A stretch of DNA of 64,000 nucleotides, from contig JBQLZK010000011.1 of the NCBI GenBank assembly GCA_052168235.1, forward strand, positions 30,910 through 94,909. The letters run 5' to 3'. The stretch is from Thainema sp. Lineage in GTDB: Bacteria; Cyanobacteriota; Cyanobacteriia; Phormidesmidales; Phormidesmidaceae. Positions 39,605 to 48,647 of this stretch are shown one piece after another. The position numbers and the translations under genes were made by a program. Under the pieces are notes generated by a model. That model worked only from the letters and a program-made list of their open reading frames with translations, made no database searches and was not told the origin of the DNA. Each line of letters opens with the position of its first letter. The first letter of the stretch is position 1.

Positions 39605-40770
39605 TGCCAACCCCACCCTCGCCCAAACCGATTCTGCTGTCGCCACCCCATCTGGGAGAGCAGGAGCTTGCCTTCGTCAACGAGGCATTTCAGACCAACT
39701 GGATTGCGCCCGTCGGCCCCCACGTCGATGCCTTTGAAACGGAATTCTGCCAAACTGTCGGCGCGGCACATGGAGCCGCGGTCTGTTCCGGGACGGCGGC
39801 ACTACACTTGGCCTTGCGGTTAGCCGGAGTTGGCCCCGGCGATGAGGTCTTTTGCTCGACGCTCACCTTTGTCGCAACGGCCAATCCCATTGTTTACCAG
39901 GGCGCTACTCCAGTATTTGTGGATTGCGATCGCAGATCGTGGAACATGAATCCAGAACTGCTCGAAGCGGCGCTCAACCAGCGGGCGAAACAGGGCAAAT
40001 TACCCAAAGCGGTGGTGCTGGTGCATCTCTATGGCCAAAGCGCAGATATTGATCCCATTTTGGCCATCTGCGATCGCTACGAAATTCCTCTAATCGAAGA
40101 TGCCGCTGAATCGCTGGGTGCAACCTATAAAGGGCGTTCTCCCGGCACCTTTGGTCGCATGGGCATCTTTTCATTCAACGGCAATAAGATTATCACCACA
40201 TCCGGCGGCGGCATGTTGGTGACAGACTGCCCGGAACTGGCGCAACAGGCCCGCTTTCTTGCCACCCAAGCCCGCGATTCGGCTCCTCACTATCAGCACT
40301 CCCAAATTGGCTACAACTATCGCCTGAGCAACGTGCTATCGGGCATTGGCCGCGGTCAGCTCCAGGTGCTGCGCGATCGCGTGGCTGCCCGTCGCCGCAA
40401 CTTTGAGCGCTACTCCAATCGGCTGGGTGGCTTACCCGGCATCGAGTTCATGCCAGAAGCTGACTACGGTCGCAGTACCCGCTGGTTAACCTGCCTGACC
40501 GTTAACCCCAACGAATTGGGTTGCGATCGCGAACAAATTCGCCTCGCATTAGCCGCTGCCCAAATTGAGTCACGCCCAGTCTGGAAACCTCTGCACCTCC
40601 AGCCCATCTTCGCTGAATGTGAATGCATTGGTGGTGCCGTTGCTGAATCCCTCTTTAACCAAGGGCTCTGCCTCCCCTCCGGCTCCAGTCTCACCGCAGC
40701 CGACATCGACCGCGTAACTGACATCATCTACCAGCTCCACTGCCAGTCCTGTTCTGAACTCGTTGCTTAA
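39601..40770 (+). CDS. PglE/EpsN-like UDP-4-keto-6-deoxy-HexNAc aminotransferase (DegT family)
   Basis: LSPPH, NWIAPVGP, SGTAALHL, EDAAESLG, SFNGNKIITTSGGG, GYNYRLSN, ESRPVWKPLHLQP, CLPSGS. Confidence 0.93.
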   Translation: MMPTPPSPKPILLSPPHLGEQELAFVNEAFQTNWIAPVGPHVDAFETEFCQTVGAAHGAAVCSGTAALHLALRLAGVGPGDEVFCSTLTFVATANPIVYQGATPVFVDCDRRSWNMNPELLEAALNQRAKQGKLPKAVVLVHLYGQSADIDPILAICDRYEIPLIEDAAESLGATYKGRSPGTFGRMGIFSFNGNKIITTSGGGMLVTDCPELAQQARFLATQARDSAPHYQHSQIGYNYRLSNVLSGIGRGQLQVLRDRVAARRRNFERYSNRLGGLPGIEFMPEADYGRSTRWLTCLTVNPNELGCDREQIRLALAAAQIESRPVWKPLHLQPIFAECECIGGAVAESLFNQGLCLPSGSSLTAADIDRVTDIIYQLHCQSCSELVA

Positions 40771-40784
40771 ACAACTCAGTATAT

Positions 40785-40821
40785 TTACGGGGTCAATTCC
40801 ATCAGAGAGTTGACCCCGTAA
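40785..40821. terminator. Bidirectional terminator-like hairpin at the cluster end
   Basis: TTTACGGGGTCAA...TTGACCCCGTAAA between convergent genes. Confidence 0.7.
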
Positions 40822-40837
40822 AACATGTTTGAAGGGA

Positions 40838-41216
40838 TTACGCTGTTACTGATCTAAGTACCTTAGCTTTCAAAGCATGCTGCAGATCTTGCCAATTTAA
40901 CGACCGCTTTAAAAATCCAGTCGCTCCAGCATTCAAAGCAGCAAAAAAAATGATCAACATCAACTTCAGAAGTCAGCAGAAAACAGGGAATTTTGGCTGT
41001 AGCAGGATCATTTCGTAGTGATTTTAATATCTTAATACTATCGACTGTTGAATCTTTATCTGTGCAAATCACTAAATTAGGTTGGTACTGCTTAGCAGCC
41101 ATCAAGCCGCTAGCTGCGTCCTCCACAACTAATGGATTGAAGCCTTCAGCTTTAATCCATTCAGATAATAGTTTACAGAAACTCAAATCACTTTCAATGA
41201 TTAAAACGGTTTTCAC
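40838..41216 (-). pseudogene. Single-domain response regulator with a +1 frameshift in a T8 run
   Basis: Receiver N-terminus (MKTVLIIE...LRNDPATAKIPCFLLTS); removing one T at 40943-40950 gives HFFAALNAGATGFLKRSLNWQDLQHALKAKVLRSVTA*. Confidence 0.7.
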
Positions 41217-41688
41217 AGTATCAAAAAGGTCATGATAAAGGTTTATTTATCAACAAAGCCATATCACTATCGCGATGTAGCCAAAAAATAGTTGAAATTT
41301 AAATTAAACCGAGCAAAGTGTATGTAGTGGGACATAATTAGAATAATATAAAATCAACTGTAAGGTATTTGTGAGGGGATTGAGCAATAGTCAATTCAAT
41401 CTATCCAACAGTACACTTTATAAATACAATGCATCGTTGAACATCCAATTAATCTCGCTCAATTTCCATCATAATTATGCACTTTTGAGACATCTTTTTG
41501 GAGGAGAATTAGCTAAAGATGACCCACAACCAGCGAAAAGCAGTGTAAAAATACAAAAAGGCCAAACTCCTAGCCGTATTAGTTCTGGGTTATTACCTTT
41601 TGAGAACTACCTAATCGTTAAGGCTGAAAGATAAGTGGATCAATCACTCTAGAACGTTTTGCTTGAGCAATGATTTTGGTAATGGCTG

Positions 41689-41954
41689 TCACTTCATAGT
41701 CAACTCAGCGATCGCGCTTGCTAATTGTTCTGGCTCAATTGGTTTAGCGATGTGTTGCTGAAAGCCATGATCTAATGCCCGCTGGCGATCTTCTCCATAG
41801 GCGAAGGCGGTAACCGCAATTGCCGGAATACTGCCACCGTAGGTTTCCAGCAAAGCCCGAATCTGTTGGAGGAGAGTGCAGCCGTCCATATCGGACATGC
41901 CGATATCGCAGATGAGAATATTAGGAGCAAAGGTGCCTAAATCGGCCAAGACTG
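41689..41954 (-). pseudogene. C-terminal receiver domain fragment of a hybrid histidine kinase, cut by ISAs1
   Basis: PNILICDIGMSDMDG...IPAIAVTAFA...GFQQHIAKPIEP; 5' side abuts the IS terminal repeat. Confidence 0.82.
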
Positions 41955-42940
41955 AAGGGCAAACGCATCTTAACTCGCCAGGACTTTGAGCAGATACTGG
42001 TTGTCCCATCCAGCCCGTAACCGCTTGTTTTTCACCCCAACACGAGCTGTCTCCTCCTGATTCAAGGCACTCAACGCCAAATGCCTCAGTACTGTGAAAT
42101 TTTCTGGAGCATGCCCACTGCGGATGCGGCACTCATCTTCGCGAAAGGCTACATCTAACACCCAATGCAGCGGATTTTCGATGCTCCAGTGGGAGCGAAT
42201 CGATGCCGCTAAGCGCTGGCATCGGCAGCTAAGGAACTGATGTAGTACTGCAGTTGGCGACTGACGGTTTGACCACAGGTGCGCAGCGACTCTACCATCG
42301 CCACGCTACTGACCCGAGTCCATTGCTGAGCATCAATGAGCAGTTCAACCTGTCCTAGACTCCAACAGCGTCGCTTTTCGATGCGACCATGATAAGCCTC
42401 AAGCGTTTCGCTGAAATCATGCTCAATTCCCTCAAAGGCCTGTGCCTGTGCCCACTCAAACAGCTGCTGAACGTTGTTATACAGGTGGCCTTGATTGCCC
42501 TTGAGCGCCAGAACATAGTCTCCCCCTTGAGCGATGATTTGCTGAGCAATCTTCCGTTGAGTTCCCATCGCATCTAGGGTCACGATACACCCTTCGATAT
42601 CGAGCACGCGCAGGAGTTGGGGAATGGCGGTAATTTCATTGGAAGGAATGCCGTTGGGTAAGGCTAGAAACGTTCGCAGCCAGTCATATTTGGCTTGACC
42701 ATAGCTCTGATGCCGACCCAGCCATCGGCTCCGCAGATGACCGCTAAGATTGCCATTGTGAGGATATCGATGAGCTCATGCTTTTTACTGCGCTCCATTC
42801 GTGGATCTTCAACGCAGCTAAAGTGGTCGGCTATGCTGGTTAATGGCTGGCGGTTCATTCGATTGTTCTCTGTTCGACATCATTTCCTCTACCCTACACA
42901 TCCCTCCGACTCACTTTCTACTTTTGATGCGTTTGCCCTT
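41955..42940 (-). mobile_element. Defective ISAs1-family insertion sequence
   Basis: Perfect 15-bp terminal IRs AAGGGCAAACGCATC (41955-69) / GATGCGTTTGCCCTT (42926-40); transposase pieces (EDPR..AVICGADGW, NEITAIP, VTLDAMGTQ, ALKGNQ, HGRIEKR, HWSIEN, LDVAFREDE) with two frameshifts and an internal deletion. Confidence 0.92.
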
Positions 42941-43233
42941 GCATCTGGACGGGGCCATGCCGTATGGTCTCCGGCCAACACTACTGGCTCCTCCTGCGGC
43001 AGTTGCTCTAGGTACAGTCGCATCAGTTGGCGACGCTGCGGTCGGCTGTCATGCACCGCGCTATAGATACTCGGCCATTGGCGACGAAAGAATGGAGAGC
43101 GAGAGAGGTCGACAAAGCTGGACGCTTGCCGTGTCGTCAACACCGCATCAATGAGTTCAAAGGTTGCATCATGCGCCCGTCCCAAATATTGATGGGCGCG
43201 CTGGCGAAATCCGTACAGGCTATCGTAGGGCAT
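42941..43233 (-). mobile_element. N-terminal fragment of a DDE transposase (IS701/IS4-like, NF041680 type) truncated by ISAs1
   Basis: FRQRAHQYLGRAHDATFELIDAVL...LSRSPFFRRQWPSIY...LAGDHTAWPRPDA then the IS end. Confidence 0.82.
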
Positions 43234-43326
43234 AGCAGTCGCTGAGGTGAGTGGTATTATCTCAGCTTCTGCTATAACGCGGTTCGTGCCTAGCACGACC
43301 GTGTTTTTCTTTCGCTCTTTAATGAG

Positions 43327-43416
43327 TAGACTTTCTTGGAAATAAAGTTTTTGGGGTCGGAAATTATTTTGTAGCGCGGCGGATCCGCGCTACAAAATAA
43401 TTTCCGATAAAGTCTA
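43327..43416. repeat. 90-bp palindromic dispersed repeat, copy 2
   Basis: TAGACTTT...AAAGTCTA ends; hairpin 43357-43407; homologous to 3739-3828. Confidence 0.85.
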
Positions 43417-43431
43417 GTAACTACGACTGGA

Positions 43432-44673
43432 CTAAGTTGTATATTCAGCATTGATCTTGACGTAGTCATAGCTCAGATCACAGCCCCAAGCGACACCGGA
43501 GCCAGAGCCTGCGCCAAGGTCAACCTGAATCAGAACCGTATCACTTTGTAAATATTCGCCGGCTGCCGCCTGCTGGAGATAGGCATTGGCCGCCTGTCGA
43601 TCAAAGGGTTGCGGCTGTCCTTGATCTATCATGACGAAATCGCCCAGCTGAATTCGTAGATTTTCCTGATCAAATGGTACGCCTGCACGTCCCGCTGCGC
43701 CTGCAATGCGGCCCCAGTTGGGATCACGGCCAAAGATAGCTGATTTGACTAAAGATGAGCCAACGACGGTTTTGGCCACTTTGCGGGCTGCTGCGTCACT
43801 GGGAGCCCCAGTGATCTGGGCCTCAATGAGGCAGGTTGCACCTTCTCCGTCACGTGCGATCGCTTTTGCTAGATAAATGCAAACTTCAGTCAGCATTGCC
43901 TCCAGCTTTTCGGCTTCGGCGTTCATCTCGGTAATAGCTGGTGTACGGGATTGACCATTGGCTAGGGCATACACCGTATCGTTGGTGCTGGTGTCGCCAT
44001 CCACCGTAATTTGATTAAAGCTCTTATCAACTGCTCGACCTAGCATTTCCTGCCAAATATGGGGGGAGATGCCAGCGTCGCAGGTGATAAACGACAGCAT
44101 AGTCGCCATATTGGGGTGAATCATGCCTGAACCCTTGGCAATACCGCCGATCCGCACAGGGCGATTGTCGATATGGGTTTCCAGCGCAATCGTCTTGGGT
44201 ACTAAATCGGTGGTGCAAATTGCTCTGGCGGCTTGATCGGAGCCATCAATGGTCAATTGGGCCACGGCTTGAGGGACGCCAGCTTTCAGAATATCCATTT
44301 TGATGCGCTGACCAATGACTCCAGTCGAAGCAACCAGCACCGCATCTGCTGAAATGTTCAATGCTTGCGCCACGCATTCGGCACTTTCGACAGCATCTTG
44401 CCAACCCACTTGTCCAGTAGCGGCATTGGCCTGCCCAGCATTGCAAAGAATGGCGCGGGCACTGGGCTTGGCCTGTAGTTTTTCACGGCAGTAATCGACA
44501 CAGGCAGCGCGTACCTGGCTGGTGGTGAACACTCCGGCTGCGATCGCATCAGTTTCTGAAACAATCAGTGCCAGATCAGGGGTACCGGATGGTTTGAGTC
44601 CGGCTGTAATCCCTGCTGCCTGAAATCCTTTGGGCGCGGTTACCCCACCTGAAATGATTTGCCAATCCGCCAT
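43432..44673 (-). CDS. argJ: Bifunctional ornithine acetyltransferase / N-acetylglutamate synthase
   Basis: GVFTT, ASTGVIG, KGSGMIHPNMATML, DGDTSTND, DGEGAT, DPNWGR, WGCDLSYDYVKINAEY. Confidence 0.98.
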   Translation of the reverse strand: MADWQIISGGVTAPKGFQAAGITAGLKPSGTPDLALIVSETDAIAAGVFTTSQVRAACVDYCREKLQAKPSARAILCNAGQANAATGQVGWQDAVESAECVAQALNISADAVLVASTGVIGQRIKMDILKAGVPQAVAQLTIDGSDQAARAICTTDLVPKTIALETHIDNRPVRIGGIAKGSGMIHPNMATMLSFITCDAGISPHIWQEMLGRAVDKSFNQITVDGDTSTNDTVYALANGQSRTPAITEMNAEAEKLEAMLTEVCIYLAKAIARDGEGATCLIEAQITGAPSDAAARKVAKTVVGSSLVKSAIFGRDPNWGRIAGAAGRAGVPFDQENLRIQLGDFVMIDQGQPQPFDRQAANAYLQQAAAGEYLQSDTVLIQVDLGAGSGSGVAWGCDLSYDYVKINAEYTT

Positions 44674-44838
44674 AGCTTTTGATTAAATCGCGTTCAACAG
44701 TGCGACGCGATTATAGCAAGGACAGCGGGAGCAACGGCACAATTCAGTTCGCTGAATCATTCTCCGCATGTCAGAAGATCAAGATACATCGTCCTGAGTA
44801 CTACCGTTGGCCAGTTTTCCGGCCTAACCGGAGATGCA

Positions 44839-46926
44839 TCAAGGATTAAGTTTCATGTTGAGATTGTCGGCAACAAAGGCCCAGCGATCGCTCACTTCTT
44901 CAATCATCTTAGCGGTGGGTTTGCCCGCTCCGTGACCTGCCTTCGTTTCAATCCGAATTAGCACCGGATTTTTCCCAGCATGAGCCGCTTGCAGTGCTGC
45001 CGCAAACTTAAAGCTGTGAGCCGGTACAACTCGATCATCATGATCTGCCGTTGTAATTAGCGTGGCTGGATATTCTGTATCTGGCTTCAAATTATGCAGC
45101 GGCGAGTAAGTATAGAGTGCCTTGAACTCCTCAGGATCATCCGGAGAACCATAGTCCGATGTCCAGGCCCAGCCGATGGTGAACTTATGAAAGCGCAACA
45201 TATCTAGTACGCCCACGGCAGGCAGTGCCGCCGCAAATAAATCGGGCCGCTGCGTCATGCAGGCTCCCACGAGCAGACCACCGTTGCTGCCGCCACCAAT
45301 TGCCAGCTTTTCAGGACAGGTATAGCCTTCTTTGATCAACCATTCAGCCGCCGCAATGAAGTCGTTAAATACATTTTGCTTATTCAGCTTTGTGCCTGCC
45401 TGGTGCCACTCTTCGCCATACTCACCACCACCCCGCAGATTGGGCACGGCATAGACACCGCCTATTTCCAGCCAAACTAGATTGCTGACTGAAAAGGTAG
45501 GGGATAGCGATATGTTGAATCCGCCGTAACCATAAAGATAGGTGGGATTGTTTCCATTTAGCTCTAACCCTTTGCGATGGGTGATGAACATGGGAATGCG
45601 AGTCCCATCTTTGCTGGTGTAGAACACCTGCTGGGTTTCAAACGCATCCGGGTCAAAGTCAATCTGGGGCTGACGGAAAACGGTGCTGGTGTCGGTCGTA
45701 AAGTCGTAGCGATAAATCGTGGTTGGGGTGGTGAACCCGGTAAAGCTGTAGAAAGTTTCCGTATCGTGGCGCTTGCCGCTGAAGCCGCCGACCGAGCCAA
45801 TCCCCGGCAGCGGAAAATCGCGCACAAACGTGCCGTCTAGCTCAAAGACTTTGATCTGGGTGTAGGCATCTTTGAGATAGAAGACAATAAACTGATTATT
45901 CAGAACGCTCACGCCTTCCAGCGTGTCCTCTGATTCAGGAATCAGTTCAATCCAGTTCTCCCGCTCGGGTCGAGTCACGTCAATGCCAATCACCCGACCT
46001 TTCGGCGCATTCAGATCGGTCGAAAACCAAAACAACGAGCCATCATTATCAATCATAGAGAAATGGGCTTCGAACTCTGGAATCAGCTCTACGATTTCTG
46101 CATCGGGCTGACTAAGGTCTTTATAGAAAATCAGGTTGCGCGGATCGGTGCCTTGGGAAACGTAGATAATCAGATAATTACCGTCTTCGGTGACATCGGC
46201 ATTGAACATCCAGTTTTTCTGGTCAGGACGTTCGTAGACTAACTGATCATCACTCTGAGGCGTGCCGAGACGATGATAGTAAAGCTTTTGGTAATAGTTG
46301 ATATCCTCATACTGAGTCGCTTCATTCGGCTCGTCATAGCGACTGTAGAAAAAGCCCTTATGGTCAAGCGTCCAAGCCGTACCGGAAAATTTCACCCATT
46401 TCAGGTGATCCTCTAAATCTTCACCTGTTTCAATATTGCGGACTTTCCATTCTTTCCAGTCAGAACCTGAAGAGGACAGACCATAGGCTAACCAATGCCC
46501 GTCTTCGCTGATCGCTAAACCCGACAGCGCGATCGTGCCATCGTCAGACCAGGTATTTGGGTCAAGCAATACCCGTGGCTCGGCCTCTAAATCCGGCAGA
46601 GTGTAGAGGACGCTCTGGTTTTGCAGGCCGCTGTTGCGGAAATAAAAATAGCGATCGCAAACTTTAAATGGATTACCATAGCGCTCATAGTTCCAAAGCT
46701 GCTGGAGGCGCTGCTGAATTGTTTTGCGAGCGGGCAACTGTTCTAAATAATCAAATGTAATTTTGTTTTCGGCCTCGATCCAGGTTCGGGTCTCCGGTGA
46801 ATCGGGATCTTCCAACCAGCGATAGGGATCGGCAACGGTTACGCCGTGATAGGTGTCTACCTGATCGCTGTGATGAGTGGCTGGATAGCGAAATGAAGGC
46901 TGAAAAACGGTCATATATCTTTGCAA
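44839..46926 (-). CDS. Prolyl oligopeptidase (S9A)
   Basis: DPYRWLED, GGSNGG (catalytic Ser), DDRV, AGHG. Confidence 0.97.
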   Translation of the reverse strand: MQRYMTVFQPSFRYPATHHSDQVDTYHGVTVADPYRWLEDPDSPETRTWIEAENKITFDYLEQLPARKTIQQRLQQLWNYERYGNPFKVCDRYFYFRNSGLQNQSVLYTLPDLEAEPRVLLDPNTWSDDGTIALSGLAISEDGHWLAYGLSSSGSDWKEWKVRNIETGEDLEDHLKWVKFSGTAWTLDHKGFFYSRYDEPNEATQYEDINYYQKLYYHRLGTPQSDDQLVYERPDQKNWMFNADVTEDGNYLIIYVSQGTDPRNLIFYKDLSQPDAEIVELIPEFEAHFSMIDNDGSLFWFSTDLNAPKGRVIGIDVTRPERENWIELIPESEDTLEGVSVLNNQFIVFYLKDAYTQIKVFELDGTFVRDFPLPGIGSVGGFSGKRHDTETFYSFTGFTTPTTIYRYDFTTDTSTVFRQPQIDFDPDAFETQQVFYTSKDGTRIPMFITHRKGLELNGNNPTYLYGYGGFNISLSPTFSVSNLVWLEIGGVYAVPNLRGGGEYGEEWHQAGTKLNKQNVFNDFIAAAEWLIKEGYTCPEKLAIGGGSNGGLLVGACMTQRPDLFAAALPAVGVLDMLRFHKFTIGWAWTSDYGSPDDPEEFKALYTYSPLHNLKPDTEYPATLITTADHDDRVVPAHSFKFAAALQAAHAGKNPVLIRIETKAGHGAGKPTAKMIEEVSDRWAFVADNLNMKLNP

Positions 46927-47097
46927 AATAACGTGAGGGCAATATTACTGCTACTCTAGCGCGTTCGCCACTCAGGTTTCCCGTCCAAAGATAGAATCCT
47001 TACGCTGCTTTTGTGATGTTGTGCGATCGCACCTCCAGGATGTTGGCAACGTGCAACCTTGATTCACCACTTGGATTCACCGCTTGTTCAAACGTTC

Positions 47098-48405
47098 TCA
47101 ACTCAACGTATCGTCATAGTGCTGCTCTAGCGTGTCCTGATAGGGGCTGCGGGTTGCGTGATAGGCCTCGTAGTCGGCTCGCTTGCGGAACTGCTGTACC
47201 TGATGCTTTTGCAGCAGTTGTTCCAATTCTAGGAGCGATCGCATTTCTAGTTTGAGGATGGTTGAGCTGTAGGAGTGATTGATTTGTAATAAGTTAATTC
47301 GGGCTAATCGGAGCCGCTGTTGGGCCCGATCGTATTGACCGCGATTGGCATCGTGAATCGCCAGCTTTTTCGCCCGTGCCGATTCCATTAAGGCCACGTG
47401 CTCTTGTACGTCCGGAGAGGGTGGAAACTCAGATATGCGGGCTGCAGGAACGGGAGGTAACTGCAGCTTGGCCTGAATTTCACGTCGCACGATATCGACA
47501 TCTGCGGGAATTTCAGTGGCTACATCCCAGGACAATCGGAAGCGACACAGCAAATCGGTTTCCGTGTGGGCTGGAATATGTAGACGCACAATCACATTGA
47601 AGTTTAGGCCGCTGACCAAGTCGGGCAGCTTAATCGCTCCACTTAGCGTTTGTCCCAAATCATTCAGAATATCAACCTGCTGTACGTTCCCATAGGGTTC
47701 AATTTTGAGGTGAACTCGCTGTAGACAGGCACGAGATAACCCCTGAAGTTCCAGCCCTAGCACACTCGGCAGCCGATGAGCCGATTCAATGTAGTGATAG
47801 TTGCCGCCACCGTAGTTGGCAACTAGCTTCAAGAGCCGTTCATTAAATCGGCTACCGACGCCTATGGTTGTCGTCGAAATCCGATGCTGGCCCTGCTGCT
47901 GAACAACCTGCTCGAAAATTACTTCTTCCCGCGTCTCACCTGCTGTCACTAGGCCGTCTGAGAGCAAAATGACTCGGTTAATGTAATTAGACTGTTGATG
48001 CCGTCGAATTTGCTGAACTCCTTTTAACCAGCCAGCATGAACGTTAGTACCGTATCCAAGCTGAATCTGCTCAATGGTTTTCTCAATGGCGGCAGGATTG
48101 CGCACGGGAATACTGCGCTGCACGACTTTGGCATGGCGATCAAATACGACGATGCTAATGCGATCGCAGGGTCGAAGCTGTTTGACAATTGCGATCGCAG
48201 CCGCTTTGGCATAGCCGATTCGATAGTCCCAACTCATTGAACTTGACCGATCGATCACTAAGCACAAGTTCAAGGGAGGATGCGGTTGGACAACGTCGGA
48301 ACGAGGTGGAACCACCCTGACCAGCACATCCAGTAATTCCACTGTGTCGAATCGAACAGCATCTCTTAGCGGAATTAGCTGTATTTGAGGAATAGCCATG
48401 CGCAA
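47098..48405 (-). CDS. von Willebrand factor A domain protein
   Basis: PLNLCLVIDRSSSM (MIDAS), GTN, VILLSDG, TIGVG, GGNYHYI. Confidence 0.9.
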   Translation of the reverse strand: MRMAIPQIQLIPLRDAVRFDTVELLDVLVRVVPPRSDVVQPHPPLNLCLVIDRSSSMSWDYRIGYAKAAAIAIVKQLRPCDRISIVVFDRHAKVVQRSIPVRNPAAIEKTIEQIQLGYGTNVHAGWLKGVQQIRRHQQSNYINRVILLSDGLVTAGETREEVIFEQVVQQQGQHRISTTTIGVGSRFNERLLKLVANYGGGNYHYIESAHRLPSVLGLELQGLSRACLQRVHLKIEPYGNVQQVDILNDLGQTLSGAIKLPDLVSGLNFNVIVRLHIPAHTETDLLCRFRLSWDVATEIPADVDIVRREIQAKLQLPPVPAARISEFPPSPDVQEHVALMESARAKKLAIHDANRGQYDRAQQRLRLARINLLQINHSYSSTILKLEMRSLLELEQLLQKHQVQQFRKRADYEAYHATRSPYQDTLEQHYDDTLS

Positions 48406-48612
48406 ATCGTTGAGCCATTATTTCCCCATCATGCCTGACAATCCCGGATAAGTGGCAAGTTCAGCACAGCATTCTTTGCACAATCAATAATCATTAATAA
48501 TCTTTGTGTAGAAAATACAGATACTTTTATACAAGCAGGAACACGTAGATTTATACAAATTTATGTGTCAGATAAACGCGGGCCATGACTTGGTGAATCC
48601 ATGTGACGGTTG

Positions 48613-48621
48613 GGGAATACT
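48613..48621 (+). promoter_or_regulatory. GGGAATACT, match to the SigJ J-box extended -10 described in Nostoc punctiforme
   Basis: Exact 9-mer ending 26 nt before ATG 48648. Confidence 0.45.
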
Positions 48622-48647
48622 TTCGATAACGAGTAGCTGCATGCATT

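Noticed and set aside
41371..41634. 87-aa ORF in AT-rich intergenic DNA; also 62840..63052 and 63199..63444
   Set aside because: No motifs or RBS; the latter two are antisense to the NTPase gene
6830..41954. Idea that the truncated PAS protein and the receiver tail at 41.7 kb are halves of one split gene
   Set aside because: Order on the minus strand is reversed, the kinase core is absent, and such domains are highly paralogous
41689..42132. 147-aa ORF as an intact response regulator
   Set aside because: Its first ~60 residues are an alternative frame of the ISAs1 end; only 41689-41954 is receiver sequence
47098..48405. vWA protein as a diversity-generating retroelement target
   Set aside because: No reverse transcriptase, no C-type lectin/FGE domain and no TR/VR pair seen
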